From an uncultured Pseudomonadota bacterium (GTDB taxonomy: Bacteria; SAR324; NAC60-12): 31,187 bases of DNA. This document shows, piece by piece, positions 10,898-20,487 of the stretch (positions within the stretch are counted from its first letter, which is position 1; each line of letters opens with the position of its first letter). A program made the translations under genes and the position numbers. Location: the NCBI GenBank assembly GCA_913020725.1, contig CAJWCD010000023.1, positions 1 through 31,187 on the forward strand, given 5' to 3'. The notes under the pieces are model-generated. The model did no database searches, was not told the DNA's origin, and saw only the letters and a program-made list of their open reading frames with translations.

Positions 10898-13072
10898 TCA
10901 GGACTGATAGATGCGTTTGTAGATCCGGAAGCTGCGGTACACCCGCTTGACGTAATTGCGGGTTTCCAGGAAGGGAATGGTTTCGACAAACTCATCAACG
11001 GAAAGCCCCTTCCAGCGTTTGAGCCAGCGCTTCATGTTGGAAGGCCCGGCATTGTAGCTGCCAGCGGTGAGGATGAGTTTGTCCTGAAAGCGCTTGGCGA
11101 GCCGACCAAGGTAACCCGTGCCCAGACGAGTGTTGATGCGTGGGTCAAAAACCGCCTCGCGGGTGCCCAGCCGGATTTTCTGGCGACGCGCCTCCTCTTT
11201 TGCGGTGAAGGGCATGAGTTGCATGAGGCCCATCGCCTTCGACCGCGAAAGCGCACGGGGGTCAAACAGGCTTTCCTCCCGCATGATGGCCAGTGCGAAG
11301 TAGGGGTCGATTCCGGATTTCTTTGCAGCCTCCTGAATCAAGTCCCAATAAGCCCGGGGAAAGGCAAATTTCCAAACCTGTCCTTGGACACTTTGGCGTT
11401 TGAGGTCCACTAGGTAGTGGTTCCCCGCGAGCCGCATGAGGTCGTGGTACTGTCCATAGCGGTGCAGCAGCAGGCTTGCTTCCCACACCAGCGCATGAGT
11501 GGATTCGCGCCTCAGTCGCGCTCGCAGCTTGCCCATCGCCAGTTCCGGCTCGTCCACACTGAGCAAGAAATCGCAACGCCGAATCAGTTGTTCCTCACGA
11601 GCCGTTGGTGGCGGCGGAGAACGATGCCATGCGGTTTTGAGAATACGAGGCTTAGCAGACTTGGGCACCAGCGACGGGTTTTCATTGCGAATCCGCACCC
11701 CATAGTAGGTGTTGGGGTAGAGCTTGACGAGCTTTCGGAAACTGGACCGCGCGGACTTGCGATGCTTGAGCTTGAGCTGGGTTTTGCCGAGCCAGTAGAG
11801 GTGCCGTGCCGTGCCTTCCAAACCCAGTTGCCCGGACTTCAGACCCTGCTTGAAGCTATTGATGGCGTATTTGTAGCCTCCCTGATCGTAATGGTACCAA
11901 GCCAACTTCCAGTACGCTTCAGGAGCATGATTGTGTTCGGGGAAACGTTGAACCAGCCGACGCCACCAAAACCCCGCTTTTTTCCGGTCACCCTTCTGCA
12001 TGTAGTGGAGGGCCATGCGCTGATAGGCATTGGGCAGCAGCCATGATTTCTTGTTGGCGCGTTCTAACTGATACACCGCGCTACGGGCAGGAAGGGTGCG
12101 GTCCAGTCCATGGTTGGCTTGCATCACCCAGTAAAGTTGTTCAGGCTTTGAGAACCCGTAGAGTTGGGCAAGGACATCCTGCTGCTGGAGCTTGAGCAGC
12201 TTGGAAAAATAACGCTTGTCCAGCAGGATTTGGACGTACACTTCTCCGAGTTTTCGCCGCACCTTGAACTTGCGGCCCTTTGCCAGCTTGGGCAGGTGCT
12301 GCATGAGGTAGCGGTTCAGTTTCAAACCCGCCAGACGATGCACCCGGTTTAACACGGCCTTGCCCGGAACGTTCCGCCTCTTGTGCTTGGCCAGAATGCG
12401 GTTCACCTGCTTTGCGGATTCTTCATCCTTGGGGTACTGCCAAGCCAGCAGGTGAATCTCAAAGGGAACCTCAACCCCGTAGAGCTTGGAGGCCTCGACA
12501 TACTGCTGGTAAACCTGGAAATTTCGGAACAACATCTGAGGATGGAGGGTGGCGTACTCCAGCAGCGGGAAAAGCTGACGCCGTTCCGCTGTGGTGCGGA
12601 AGTGTTCCAACAAATCCTGCTGGATGCGCGTGAAGTAGTAGGAGTTTGCGGGGTGATCGAGCAGGAGTTGCAGGAGGTAAATGGCACGAGAATGCTCGCC
12701 TGCAACAAGGTGGGCCTTGATTCGATAATACAACCAGAGGTCGAAATCCTCCAACTTTGGATCGTTGACCTCCTCAAAGAAAACGCGGGCCTCCTGCGGG
12801 CGGTTGAGGGCGAGTGCACTTTTGCCGGCGAGCAGCCACGCACGCCGTTTCATGATCGGTTCTAGGTTTGGGGCGTTGAGCAGCACACGCAACTGCTCCA
12901 GTGTTTCCTCGTGGCGGTCGTTGCGGTACAGGTCCAGAATTTGCTCCCACACCCCTGAGGCAAAGGGCTGGGACAGGCGGCTGGCGTCGTTTTGGGGGGT
13001 TGCCCAGCCTGTGGTTCCACTGAGGAGCAGGCTTGCGAGCAATCCGAGCAGCATGAGGAAACGCTGGATCAT
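10898..13072 (-). CDS. slt: Soluble lytic murein transglycosylase (Slt70-like, TPR + SLT domain)
   Basis: Signal peptide and helical/TPR-like region, then AIMREESLF (catalytic Glu), AMGLMQLMP, SYNAG and ETIPFLETRNYVKRV. Confidence 0.88.
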   Translation of the reverse strand: MIQRFLMLLGLLASLLLSGTTGWATPQNDASRLSQPFASGVWEQILDLYRNDRHEETLEQLRVLLNAPNLEPIMKRRAWLLAGKSALALNRPQEARVFFEEVNDPKLEDFDLWLYYRIKAHLVAGEHSRAIYLLQLLLDHPANSYYFTRIQQDLLEHFRTTAERRQLFPLLEYATLHPQMLFRNFQVYQQYVEASKLYGVEVPFEIHLLAWQYPKDEESAKQVNRILAKHKRRNVPGKAVLNRVHRLAGLKLNRYLMQHLPKLAKGRKFKVRRKLGEVYVQILLDKRYFSKLLKLQQQDVLAQLYGFSKPEQLYWVMQANHGLDRTLPARSAVYQLERANKKSWLLPNAYQRMALHYMQKGDRKKAGFWWRRLVQRFPEHNHAPEAYWKLAWYHYDQGGYKYAINSFKQGLKSGQLGLEGTARHLYWLGKTQLKLKHRKSARSSFRKLVKLYPNTYYGVRIRNENPSLVPKSAKPRILKTAWHRSPPPPTAREEQLIRRCDFLLSVDEPELAMGKLRARLRRESTHALVWEASLLLHRYGQYHDLMRLAGNHYLVDLKRQSVQGQVWKFAFPRAYWDLIQEAAKKSGIDPYFALAIMREESLFDPRALSRSKAMGLMQLMPFTAKEEARRQKIRLGTREAVFDPRINTRLGTGYLGRLAKRFQDKLILTAGSYNAGPSNMKRWLKRWKGLSVDEFVETIPFLETRNYVKRVYRSFRIYKRIYQS

Positions 13073-13129
13073 GCCAAAGGTCCAGTGCTATAAAATGAAG
13101 AGTCCATTCAAATCTGGTGTTATTGGGTC

Positions 13130-13171
13130 ATGTTAACATATAATCTAAGCAAGAAGCATACGCACTTGCTT
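13130..13171. promoter_or_regulatory. Dyad elements in the slt / hypothetical-alr divergent intergenic region
   Basis: Palindrome ATGTTAACAT (13130-13139) and inverted repeat AAGCAAG (13147-13153) / CTTGCTT (13165-13171). Confidence 0.3.
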
Positions 13172-13209
13172 GATTCCGTCTGCCGTCCTTACTTTTCAGT
13201 CCCTTGGCC

Positions 13210-13830
13210 ATGAGCGAACCAGAGCAGCCCGCAGGGCCTCTCATTCTGCAACAAGACCCCAAACGCCCCAAGCGGGAACAGCCGCTACCCTACGAATTCG
13301 GAAGCGACATCTATCGGGTGTACCGTAACCCCAAGAATCCTTTTCTGGAGCGAATTTTGGGGGAGGAGGCTGAGGGAGTCGCCCTGACTCCGGAGCAAAC
13401 CCAGCGGCTTTTTCAGCAGATGGGGCAAAACGACACTTATCGTTTGGGCTACGTCACCGAGACCTCTGCCGTCCGCAAGCGTCGTGTCGCAGGCGGCACT
13501 CCGAACACTCCTCAGTCCAAAGGAGAGTTCCCGCGCCCCGAGCAGTTCCCGTCAGGTCCGGAACGTATCCGCGTGATGATGACACGTTTTTTTCAGGAAA
13601 CAAATCAGCGACTCCGGGAACATCCGGGGCAATTGGGCGAGGTCGTCAACGAACTGGTCCCGCTTTTTGAGGAGCAGGGGTTACGCATCCGGGTTCCAGA
13701 GCTTTTCCGTCAGTTCCAGAGCAACGACGCTTTCCTGCAAACTTTGGAGCAAGTCAGCGAGGATGACGAGGTGGAAAACTTCGAGCTGTTCTGCGCGGCG
13801 CTCTTTGGTTTCTACAGCCAGCAAGGCTGA
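13210..13830 (+). CDS. Hypothetical protein
   Basis: Open frame of about 206 codons with protein-like composition, ending 2 nt before alr. No motif recognised. Confidence 0.7.
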   Translation: MSEPEQPAGPLILQQDPKRPKREQPLPYEFGSDIYRVYRNPKNPFLERILGEEAEGVALTPEQTQRLFQQMGQNDTYRLGYVTETSAVRKRRVAGGTPNTPQSKGEFPRPEQFPSGPERIRVMMTRFFQETNQRLREHPGQLGEVVNELVPLFEEQGLRIRVPELFRQFQSNDAFLQTLEQVSEDDEVENFELFCAALFGFYSQQG

Positions 13831-13832
13831 AC

Positions 13833-14939
13833 GTGCGGCCTGCGGTCATCGAGACCAACTTGGAGCGGCTCACAGAGAATTACCACCTCATCCGCGCACA
13901 CGCCGACAACCGACCCGTGATGGCGGTCGTCAAGGCCAACGCCTACGGACACGGCCTCGTCCGGGTGGCCCAGCATTACGAGAGCCTTGGGGTCGAATGG
14001 CTCGCCGTTGCGCTGCTCGAAGAAGGGGTCACCTTGCGCAAAGCCGGGGTGCGCTGCCCTATGCTGGTGTTCGGTGGACACCACCCCAAGCAAATCCCGG
14101 AATTCCTGCGCTGGGACTTGAACCTCACCGTTGGTTCGCTCGGATTTTTTCAGTCAGTCGAAGCGGTTGCCCAGCAGCAAGGCACTTCCGCCAACATTCA
14201 CCTCAAGCTCGATTCCGGAATGGGGCGCATCGGCACACGCACGGAAGGGGCCGCAGCGCTCATCACGGCGGCAGTGCGCTCCAAAGTCGTCATGCTGCGT
14301 GGAATCTACTCCCATCTCGCCTGCACCGACGATCCGGAACACCCTTTCACTGCGCTCCAGATTGAGCGTTTTCTGGACGCTCTGCGTATTTTTGACGACT
14401 TGGGGGAGCCGCCCCCGCTGCGGCACTTGGCCAACTCTGGTGGAGTGCTGCATTTTCCGGAGAGCCATCTCGACTGCATCCGTCCCGGCATCCTGCTCTA
14501 CGGAGTTTATCCGGATTCAGCGAGTCGGCGGACCCTTCCGGTGCGGCCAGCCTTGAGCCTGCGGGCGGAGGTTGCGTTTGTGAAGCAAATTCCGGTGGGC
14601 GAATCTGTGAGCTACGGGGCGACGTGGACCGCCAGCCAGCCAACGAACCTCGCCACCCTGCCGATTGGCTACGGCGATGGTTATCGACGGGAACTCTCCA
14701 ATCAAGCCTCAGTGCTGATTCACGGCCAGCGTTGCCCTCTTCGGGGGCGAGTTTGCATGGACCAGTTCATGGTTGATTTAGGCGAGCAGTCCATTTCTTT
14801 GGGAGAGTCAGCCACACTGATTGGCGAGCAAGGCGTGGAGGTGATCACGGTCGAGGATCTCGCCGCATTATGCGGCACCATCCCCTACGAAATCCTCACC
14901 GGATTCAATGAACGCCTGCCCCGAATTTACCGGGGTTGA
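13833..14939 (+). CDS. alr: Alanine racemase
   Basis: AVVKANAYGHG (PLP Lys), HLKLDSGMGRIG, IYSHLA, HLANSG, RPGILLYG, SYGATW, GYGDG, GRVCMDQ, TIPYE. Confidence 0.96.
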   Translation: MRPAVIETNLERLTENYHLIRAHADNRPVMAVVKANAYGHGLVRVAQHYESLGVEWLAVALLEEGVTLRKAGVRCPMLVFGGHHPKQIPEFLRWDLNLTVGSLGFFQSVEAVAQQQGTSANIHLKLDSGMGRIGTRTEGAAALITAAVRSKVVMLRGIYSHLACTDDPEHPFTALQIERFLDALRIFDDLGEPPPLRHLANSGGVLHFPESHLDCIRPGILLYGVYPDSASRRTLPVRPALSLRAEVAFVKQIPVGESVSYGATWTASQPTNLATLPIGYGDGYRRELSNQASVLIHGQRCPLRGRVCMDQFMVDLGEQSISLGESATLIGEQGVEVITVEDLAALCGTIPYEILTGFNERLPRIYRG

Positions 14940-15106
14940 GTTGTTCCGCAGTATTCGGCACCTTAAGAAAGAGCTTGACCTCCAAGCTCAAGTGTTAATA
15001 ATTTGCAGGAGTGCTCCCTCCTTTGAACTCCCCTTTTCTCTGTGACCGGGGCCATTTGAGTTGCGTCTGCAGAGGGCTTTGGGCCACATTTTTTTAAGCG
15101 AATTCC

Positions 15107-15859
15107 ATGAACAAAATTGATCTTCAGGGCAAGCGAGCCGTCGTCACCGGCGGGGCGCAGGGCATCGGTTACGCCATCGCCGAACGACTGCTGCAATCCG
15201 GAGCCGCCGTCTGTCTTTGGGACCGCGATGGTGACATGACGGCAAAAGCCGCCGCGCAACTTGCTGCTGCCGGAACCGTTCACCAAGCCGTCGTGGATGT
15301 GACCCAATTGATAGAAGTTGAAGCGGCCACGACCACCACCAATGCAGCAATGGGCGGAATCGACATTTTCGTCGCCAATGCAGGAATCGCCGGGCCAACC
15401 GTGAAGCTCTGGGAATATCCCCCGGAGGCGTGGCAGGAGGTACTCGACATAGACCTCACCGGAGTGTTCAACTGCATGAGGGCGGTGGTTCCGGGCATGA
15501 TTTCGCAAAACTACGGTCGCATTGTCAATGTCGCCTCGGTTGCAGGCAAGGACGGCAATCCGAATGCCTGTGCGTACAGTGCCGCCAAGGCCGGGGTGAT
15601 AGCGCTCACCAAGTCGTTGGGCAAAGAACTCGCGGAGTACGATATCGCCGTCAACTGCATCACACCCGCCGCCGCGAAAACCCGCATCTTCGACCAGATC
15701 AGCCAGCAGCACATTGACTACATGCTCAACAAGATTCCCCGTGGACGCTTCCTCAAGGTCGAGGAAGCCTCAGCGCTGGTCGCGTGGCTCTGCTCCAAGG
15801 AAAACTCGTTCACCACGGGGTCAGCTTTTGACCTCAGTGGTGGACGCTCCACCTACTGA
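15107..15859 (+). CDS. Short-chain dehydrogenase/reductase, probably a sugar-acid / keto-deoxy-acid dehydrogenase
   Basis: TGGAQGIG, NAGI, YSAAK and C-terminal DLSGGRSTY. Lies 5 nt before the UxaA-family gene. Confidence 0.9.
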   Translation: MNKIDLQGKRAVVTGGAQGIGYAIAERLLQSGAAVCLWDRDGDMTAKAAAQLAAAGTVHQAVVDVTQLIEVEAATTTTNAAMGGIDIFVANAGIAGPTVKLWEYPPEAWQEVLDIDLTGVFNCMRAVVPGMISQNYGRIVNVASVAGKDGNPNACAYSAAKAGVIALTKSLGKELAEYDIAVNCITPAAAKTRIFDQISQQHIDYMLNKIPRGRFLKVEEASALVAWLCSKENSFTTGSAFDLSGGRSTY

Positions 15860-15864
15860 CGGCC

Positions 15865-17373
15865 ATGAACCAGCACATCCAACTCTCCTCCGGAAGACAA
15901 CGTTGCCATCGCCGTGGACGATTTTGAGGCCGGGCAGTCCATGCCTGGAATCGAAGTGCAGAACGGATTCCGGCAGGCCATAAGCTGGCGCTCCGGGAAA
16001 TTCCGCAGGGCGAGCCGATCCGCAAGTACAACCAGATCATCGGCTTCGCCAGCCAATCGATTCCGGCAGGCACCCATGTTCACTCCCACAACACCGAGAT
16101 GCGTCCCTTCGAGCGGGATTATGCGTTTGGGGTGGACAAGAAAGAAGACGATCCCGTGGCCACTCCGGCCACCTTTGCAGGCTATCTGCGTGCGGATGGC
16201 CGGGTGGGCACCCGTAACTACCTCGCCGTGCTGTCTTCGGTGAACTGCTCGGCTACAGTGGCTCGCTACATCGCCGACTCGTTCCGGGACGAGGACGTCA
16301 AGGCGGAGTTTCCAAATGTGGATGGTGTGGTTTCGCTCACGCACAGCACCGGGTGCGGGCAGAGCATCAAGGGCGAGGGCCTGACGCTACTTCGCAGCGT
16401 GATGGCCGGATACGCAACGCACCCGAATGTTTCCGGAGCGGTGCTGGTTGGATTGGGCTGTGAGACCAACCAGATTGCGGATTTGCTGGATGCACACGGG
16501 CTTGCCAGAGGTCCGGGTTTGCAGACGATGACGATTCAGGACTCCGGTGGCACCAAGGTCACTGTGGAGCGCGGTATCGCCATGATCAAGGAAATGCTGC
16601 CCGAAGCCAACAAGGCGGTCCGCTCGACCGTTCCGGTGGGGCAACTCACGCTCGGGCTGGAGTGTGGTGGCTCGGATGGTTATTCCGGAATCACCGCGAA
16701 CCCTGCGCTCGGAGCGGCGGCGGATTTGCTGGTGCGGCACGGCGGCACCGCCGTCCTTAGCGAAACCCCAGAAATCTACGGAGCCGAACACCTGCTCACG
16801 CGCCGCGCGGTCAGCCGTGAAGTTGGAGAAAAACTCATCGCGTTGATCCGCTGGTGGGAAGCTTACACTGCCCGCAATGGCTCGGAACTGGACAACAACC
16901 CCACGCCCGGAAACAAGGCGGGCGGCCTCACCACGATTCTGGAGAAATCACTGGGTGCTGTTGCCAAAGGTGGCACCATGAACCTCTCCGGTGTCTTCAA
17001 CTTTGCCGAAAAGATCAACACCAAGGGTTTCGTATTCATGGACTCTCCGGGTTACGATCCCGTTTCCATCACCGGACAGGTCGCCTCCGGCGCGAACATT
17101 GTCTGCTTCACCACCGGACGCGGCTCTGTCTATGGCTGCAAACCCGCGCCCAGCCTCAAACTCGCGACCAATTCTCCCATGTATCAGCGCATGTCTGATG
17201 ACATGGATGTCAACTGCGGGGAAATCCTTGACGGTTCAACCACCGTGCAGGAAAAAGGCGAGCAAATCTTCCAACTCATCCTTGACACCGCCTCCGGAAA
17301 ACCCTCTAAAAGCGAGGAGTTGGGTTTCGGCGAAAACGAGTTCACGCCGTGGCAGCTTGGTGCGGTGATCTGA
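15865..17373 (+). CDS. uxaA: UxaA/GarD-family (altronate-type) dehydratase; N-terminal SAF domain disrupted by two indels (pseudogene or sequence error)
   Basis: GRVGTRNY, SSVNCSATVA, GLGCETN, ECGGSDGYSGITANPALG, LSETPE, NNPTPGNKAGGLTTILEKSLG, FTTGRG. SAF motifs PEDNVAIA and IPAGHKLA...KYNQIIG...HVHSHN lie in different frames. Confidence 0.85.
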
Positions 17374-17614
17374 AACACGAGGAAGCTGGAATCTCAGAAA
17401 CAGTAGGCGGGAATCAACCCCATTTTCCTTCTCGGCTTGACCGAGCAACCAAGACGTTTCATTGGAAGCAATCCGGCGCATCCGCTCGGCTTGATGGCCC
17501 TATGACTCGCCCTCGGCATGGTCAGATTCGATCAGGCCATAGCCCTCCAGATCCGCCGTCACCAGCACCCCGAAGTATTGCAGGTCATGAGTGTTGCCCG
17601 CAGTTTTCCGTGCC

Positions 17615-18679
17615 TCACTTCAACGCATCGGTGATGGCCTGTCCGAGTTCGGCACAGTTGGCGGTGCCGCCGAGGTCCGGGGTGCGCACATCTCCAGAGT
17701 CCAGCACTTGCTCCACAGCCTCCAGAATTGCGGTGGCGACTTCCGGATGACCAAGGTGGTCGAGCATCATCGCACCTGACCAAATCTGTCCGATGGGGTT
17801 GGCGATGCCTTTGCCTGCGATGTCCGGAGCCGAGCCATGCACCGGCTCAAACATGGAAGGGTGGGTGCGTTCCGGATTGAGATTTGCAGAAGGCGCGATG
17901 CCAATGGAACCAGCAATTGCCGGGCCGAGATCGGAAAGGATGTCGCCAAAGAGGTTGGAGCCGACCACCACGTCAAACCAGTCCGGATGCAGCACGAAGT
18001 TCGCAGCGAGGATGTCAATGTGAAACTGATCGGTCTGCACCTCCGGATACTCTCCGGAGACGTCGCGAAAGACCTCATCCCAGAAGGGCATGGTGATCTT
18101 GATGCCGTTGGATTTTGTCGCGGAAGTGACCTTGCCACGTCGTCCGGAACGCTGGGCGAGTTCGAAGGCAAAGCGCATCACGCGCTCACATCCGCTGCGG
18201 GTAAAAATGGTTTCCTGCATCGCCATCTCCTGCGGGGTTCCGGAGTACAATCGTCCCCCAATTTCGGAGTACTCGCCCTCGTTGTTCTCCCGCACCACCC
18301 AGAAGTTGATGTCTTCCGGACCACGATCCGCGAGTGGACTGCGCATCCCCTTGAGCATCCGCACAGGCCGCAAATTGATGTACTGCTGCATCTGACGGCG
18401 GATCGGCAGCAGCAATTTCCAGAGCGAGAGGTGGTCCGGAACCGTAGGCCAGCCCACTGCGCCAAGGAAGATTGCGTCATGCTGCCGGAGTTGCTCCATC
18501 GCGTCGTCCGGCATGAACGTGCCCGTCTTCTCGTAACGGTCGCAAGACCAGTCGTACTCCGTGAAGCGCCATTCCAATCCAAAGCGTCGGGCGGCCTGTT
18601 CCAGCACGCGCACCCCTTCCGGCACTACCTCGCGGCCAATGCCATCTCCGGGAATCAGGGCAATCGAATAAGTGGTCAT
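17615..18679 (-). CDS. Tartrate dehydrogenase / D-malate dehydrogenase (decarboxylating), DmlA/TtuC-like
   Basis: IPGDGIG, VPDHLSLW, VRENNEGEYS, SATKSNG, SNLFGDILSD, FEPVHGSAPDIAG. The DH.SLW and TKSNG segments fit the tartrate-dehydrogenase branch. Confidence 0.9.
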   Translation of the reverse strand: MTTYSIALIPGDGIGREVVPEGVRVLEQAARRFGLEWRFTEYDWSCDRYEKTGTFMPDDAMEQLRQHDAIFLGAVGWPTVPDHLSLWKLLLPIRRQMQQYINLRPVRMLKGMRSPLADRGPEDINFWVVRENNEGEYSEIGGRLYSGTPQEMAMQETIFTRSGCERVMRFAFELAQRSGRRGKVTSATKSNGIKITMPFWDEVFRDVSGEYPEVQTDQFHIDILAANFVLHPDWFDVVVGSNLFGDILSDLGPAIAGSIGIAPSANLNPERTHPSMFEPVHGSAPDIAGKGIANPIGQIWSGAMMLDHLGHPEVATAILEAVEQVLDSGDVRTPDLGGTANCAELGQAITDALK

Positions 18680-18819
18680 TTCTGTTTCCTCTACTGAAAA
18701 GAGTTTTGCAATACTAACAGGTTCGTGGCAGTCTTGCAGTCAATCAAGGTGAAAATGCAAACCTGTATCATTACATTTTACTGTGAGTTTTGGATAAACT
18801 AAACCAAGGAGCAACACAC

Positions 18820-18848
18820 GAATTCCCCCTTTGCTAAGGGGGGGATTC
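18820..18848. repeat. GC-rich palindrome (REP-like stem-loop)
   Basis: CCCCCTT-TGCT-AAGGGGG (18825-18842) flanked by GAAT / ATTC. Single copy in this window. Confidence 0.4.
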
Positions 18849-19060
18849 TTTTCCAACACTCATGTTTTTAGATAGTCTCCCTCTGGAGTGTTGATGCCTG
18901 TCCTCAGCAAAATTCACCCTGTAAAGTGTTGTGATTTTGCAAATAGACAGTGTTTTCCGGTGTGTTTCTCCCAGTTTTCAGTGATTTTTCCAGAATTTCA
19001 GAGGAACAACACTCCAGAGGGAGACCATCTGTTTTTAGCCATCACGGAAACAAAGCAACC

Positions 19061-20455
19061 ATGCCCCAATCTCCTGTCGAAACCGTTGTTGCACAAGCAC
19101 GAGCGGCGCAGACGCAGTTTGAATCTGCCAACCAAGCCACTGTTGACGAATTGATCGTCGGTTTGGCGTGGGCGATCCTTGCACCGGAAACCAATCGCTC
19201 GCTCGCGGAGCAAGCTGTCCGGGACACAGGCTTGGGAGTTGTCGAGGACAAGATCACCAAGAATCACCGCAAGACGCTGGGCCTGCTGCGGGATTTGCGG
19301 AACGCGCCCTCGGTGGGAGTGATCCGGGAACTTCCGGAGCAAGGATTGGTGGAAATCGCCCGGCCTGTTGGCGTCGTCGGTGCGGTGACGCCTTCGACAA
19401 ATCCAATTGCCACGCCGCTCAACAAAACCCTCAACTCGATCAAGGGCCGCAACGCGGTCATTCTTGCGCCCTCACCCAAGGGCGCTGCGGTTTGCCAACG
19501 GATTGTGGAATTGTTGCAAGCGGTGCTGCGTCGGCATGGGCATCCGCAACACCTCATCCAGAAACTACCCTCGCCCATCAACAAGGACGCGACACACGAA
19601 CTGATGCAGTTGGCCGATCTGTTGGTGGTGACGGGATCGCAGAGCAACGTCCGCGCCGCTTACCGAAGTGGCACCCCGGCGATTGGCGTGGGCGCAGGTA
19701 ATGTCGCTGTGATCATTGACGAAACTACTGACCTCGCGGCTGCCGCCGGCAAGATCGCCGCTTCCAAATCCTTTGACAATGCCACAAGCTGCTCTTCCGA
19801 AAACAGTGTGGTGATCGTGGATGCCGTCTACGACAAAGCCATCGCTGCGCTGGTAGCCGCAGGAGGGCGGTTGCTGAATCCGGAAGAAACGCAAACGCTA
19901 CAGGCTGCACTCTGGCAGCAGGGACGACTCAACCCCGCTTTGATCGCCAAACCCGCAACAGAAATTGCTGAGGCGGTGGGCCTGCATTGTCCGGAAATGG
20001 CACAACTGCGGATGTTGCTGGTCGCGGAAACCGGAACTGGGCGCGAGTATCCCTTTTCCGGAGAAAAACTCTGTCCCGTGCTGACGGTTTACCGCGCCAC
20101 AGATTTTGTCGCAGCGTGCGAACAGGTCCGGAAGATTTATGAATTTCAGGGCAAAGGCCATTCGGTAGGATTACACTCGCAGGACGAATCGCGGGCGCTG
20201 GAGATAGGGTTGAAGGTGCCCACCTGTCGTGTGATTGTTAACCAAGCGCACTGTTTCGCCACCGGAGGGAATTTCGACAACGGCATGCCGTTCTCGCTCT
20301 CGATGGGCTGCGGCACTTGGGGCGGCAACAGCATCAGCGACAACCTTAATTATCGGCACTACCTCAACATTGTCCGCATCGTCCGGCCCATCGCACCCCT
20401 TGAACCAAGCGTTGAGGAAATCTTCGGCGCCTACTGGAGCAAGCATGGCCGCTGA
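19061..20455 (+). CDS. sauS: CoA-acylating aldehyde dehydrogenase, sulfoacetaldehyde dehydrogenase-like
   Basis: PSTNP, KGRNAVILAPSP, GVGAGN, SKSFDNATSCSSEN (catalytic Cys), EKLCPVL, GHS, FSLSMGCGTWG. Adjacent to a CoA ligase, as in sauST. Confidence 0.75.
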   Translation: MPQSPVETVVAQARAAQTQFESANQATVDELIVGLAWAILAPETNRSLAEQAVRDTGLGVVEDKITKNHRKTLGLLRDLRNAPSVGVIRELPEQGLVEIARPVGVVGAVTPSTNPIATPLNKTLNSIKGRNAVILAPSPKGAAVCQRIVELLQAVLRRHGHPQHLIQKLPSPINKDATHELMQLADLLVVTGSQSNVRAAYRSGTPAIGVGAGNVAVIIDETTDLAAAAGKIAASKSFDNATSCSSENSVVIVDAVYDKAIAALVAAGGRLLNPEETQTLQAALWQQGRLNPALIAKPATEIAEAVGLHCPEMAQLRMLLVAETGTGREYPFSGEKLCPVLTVYRATDFVAACEQVRKIYEFQGKGHSVGLHSQDESRALEIGLKVPTCRVIVNQAHCFATGGNFDNGMPFSLSMGCGTWGGNSISDNLNYRHYLNIVRIVRPIAPLEPSVEEIFGAYWSKHGR

Positions 20456-20487
20456 AGCTACCGCCTAAACCCCGACAACCTAAATCC

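Noticed and set aside
14971..14989. Inverted repeat GAGCTTG-acctc-CAAGCTC after alr
   Set aside because: No plus-strand U-tract, so I cannot tell terminator from operator or chance.
16099..17373. UxaA-family gene as sulfolactate sulfo-lyase (SuyAB), given the nearby sauST-like genes
   Set aside because: The fused SAF-plus-catalytic layout and the SDR partner fit altronate-type dehydratases better. A phylogeny would be needed to be sure.
17500..17614. Coding-like minus-strand stretch (HDLQYFGVLVTADLEGYGLIESDHAEGES)
   Set aside because: Too short, with no start codon and no recognisable family.
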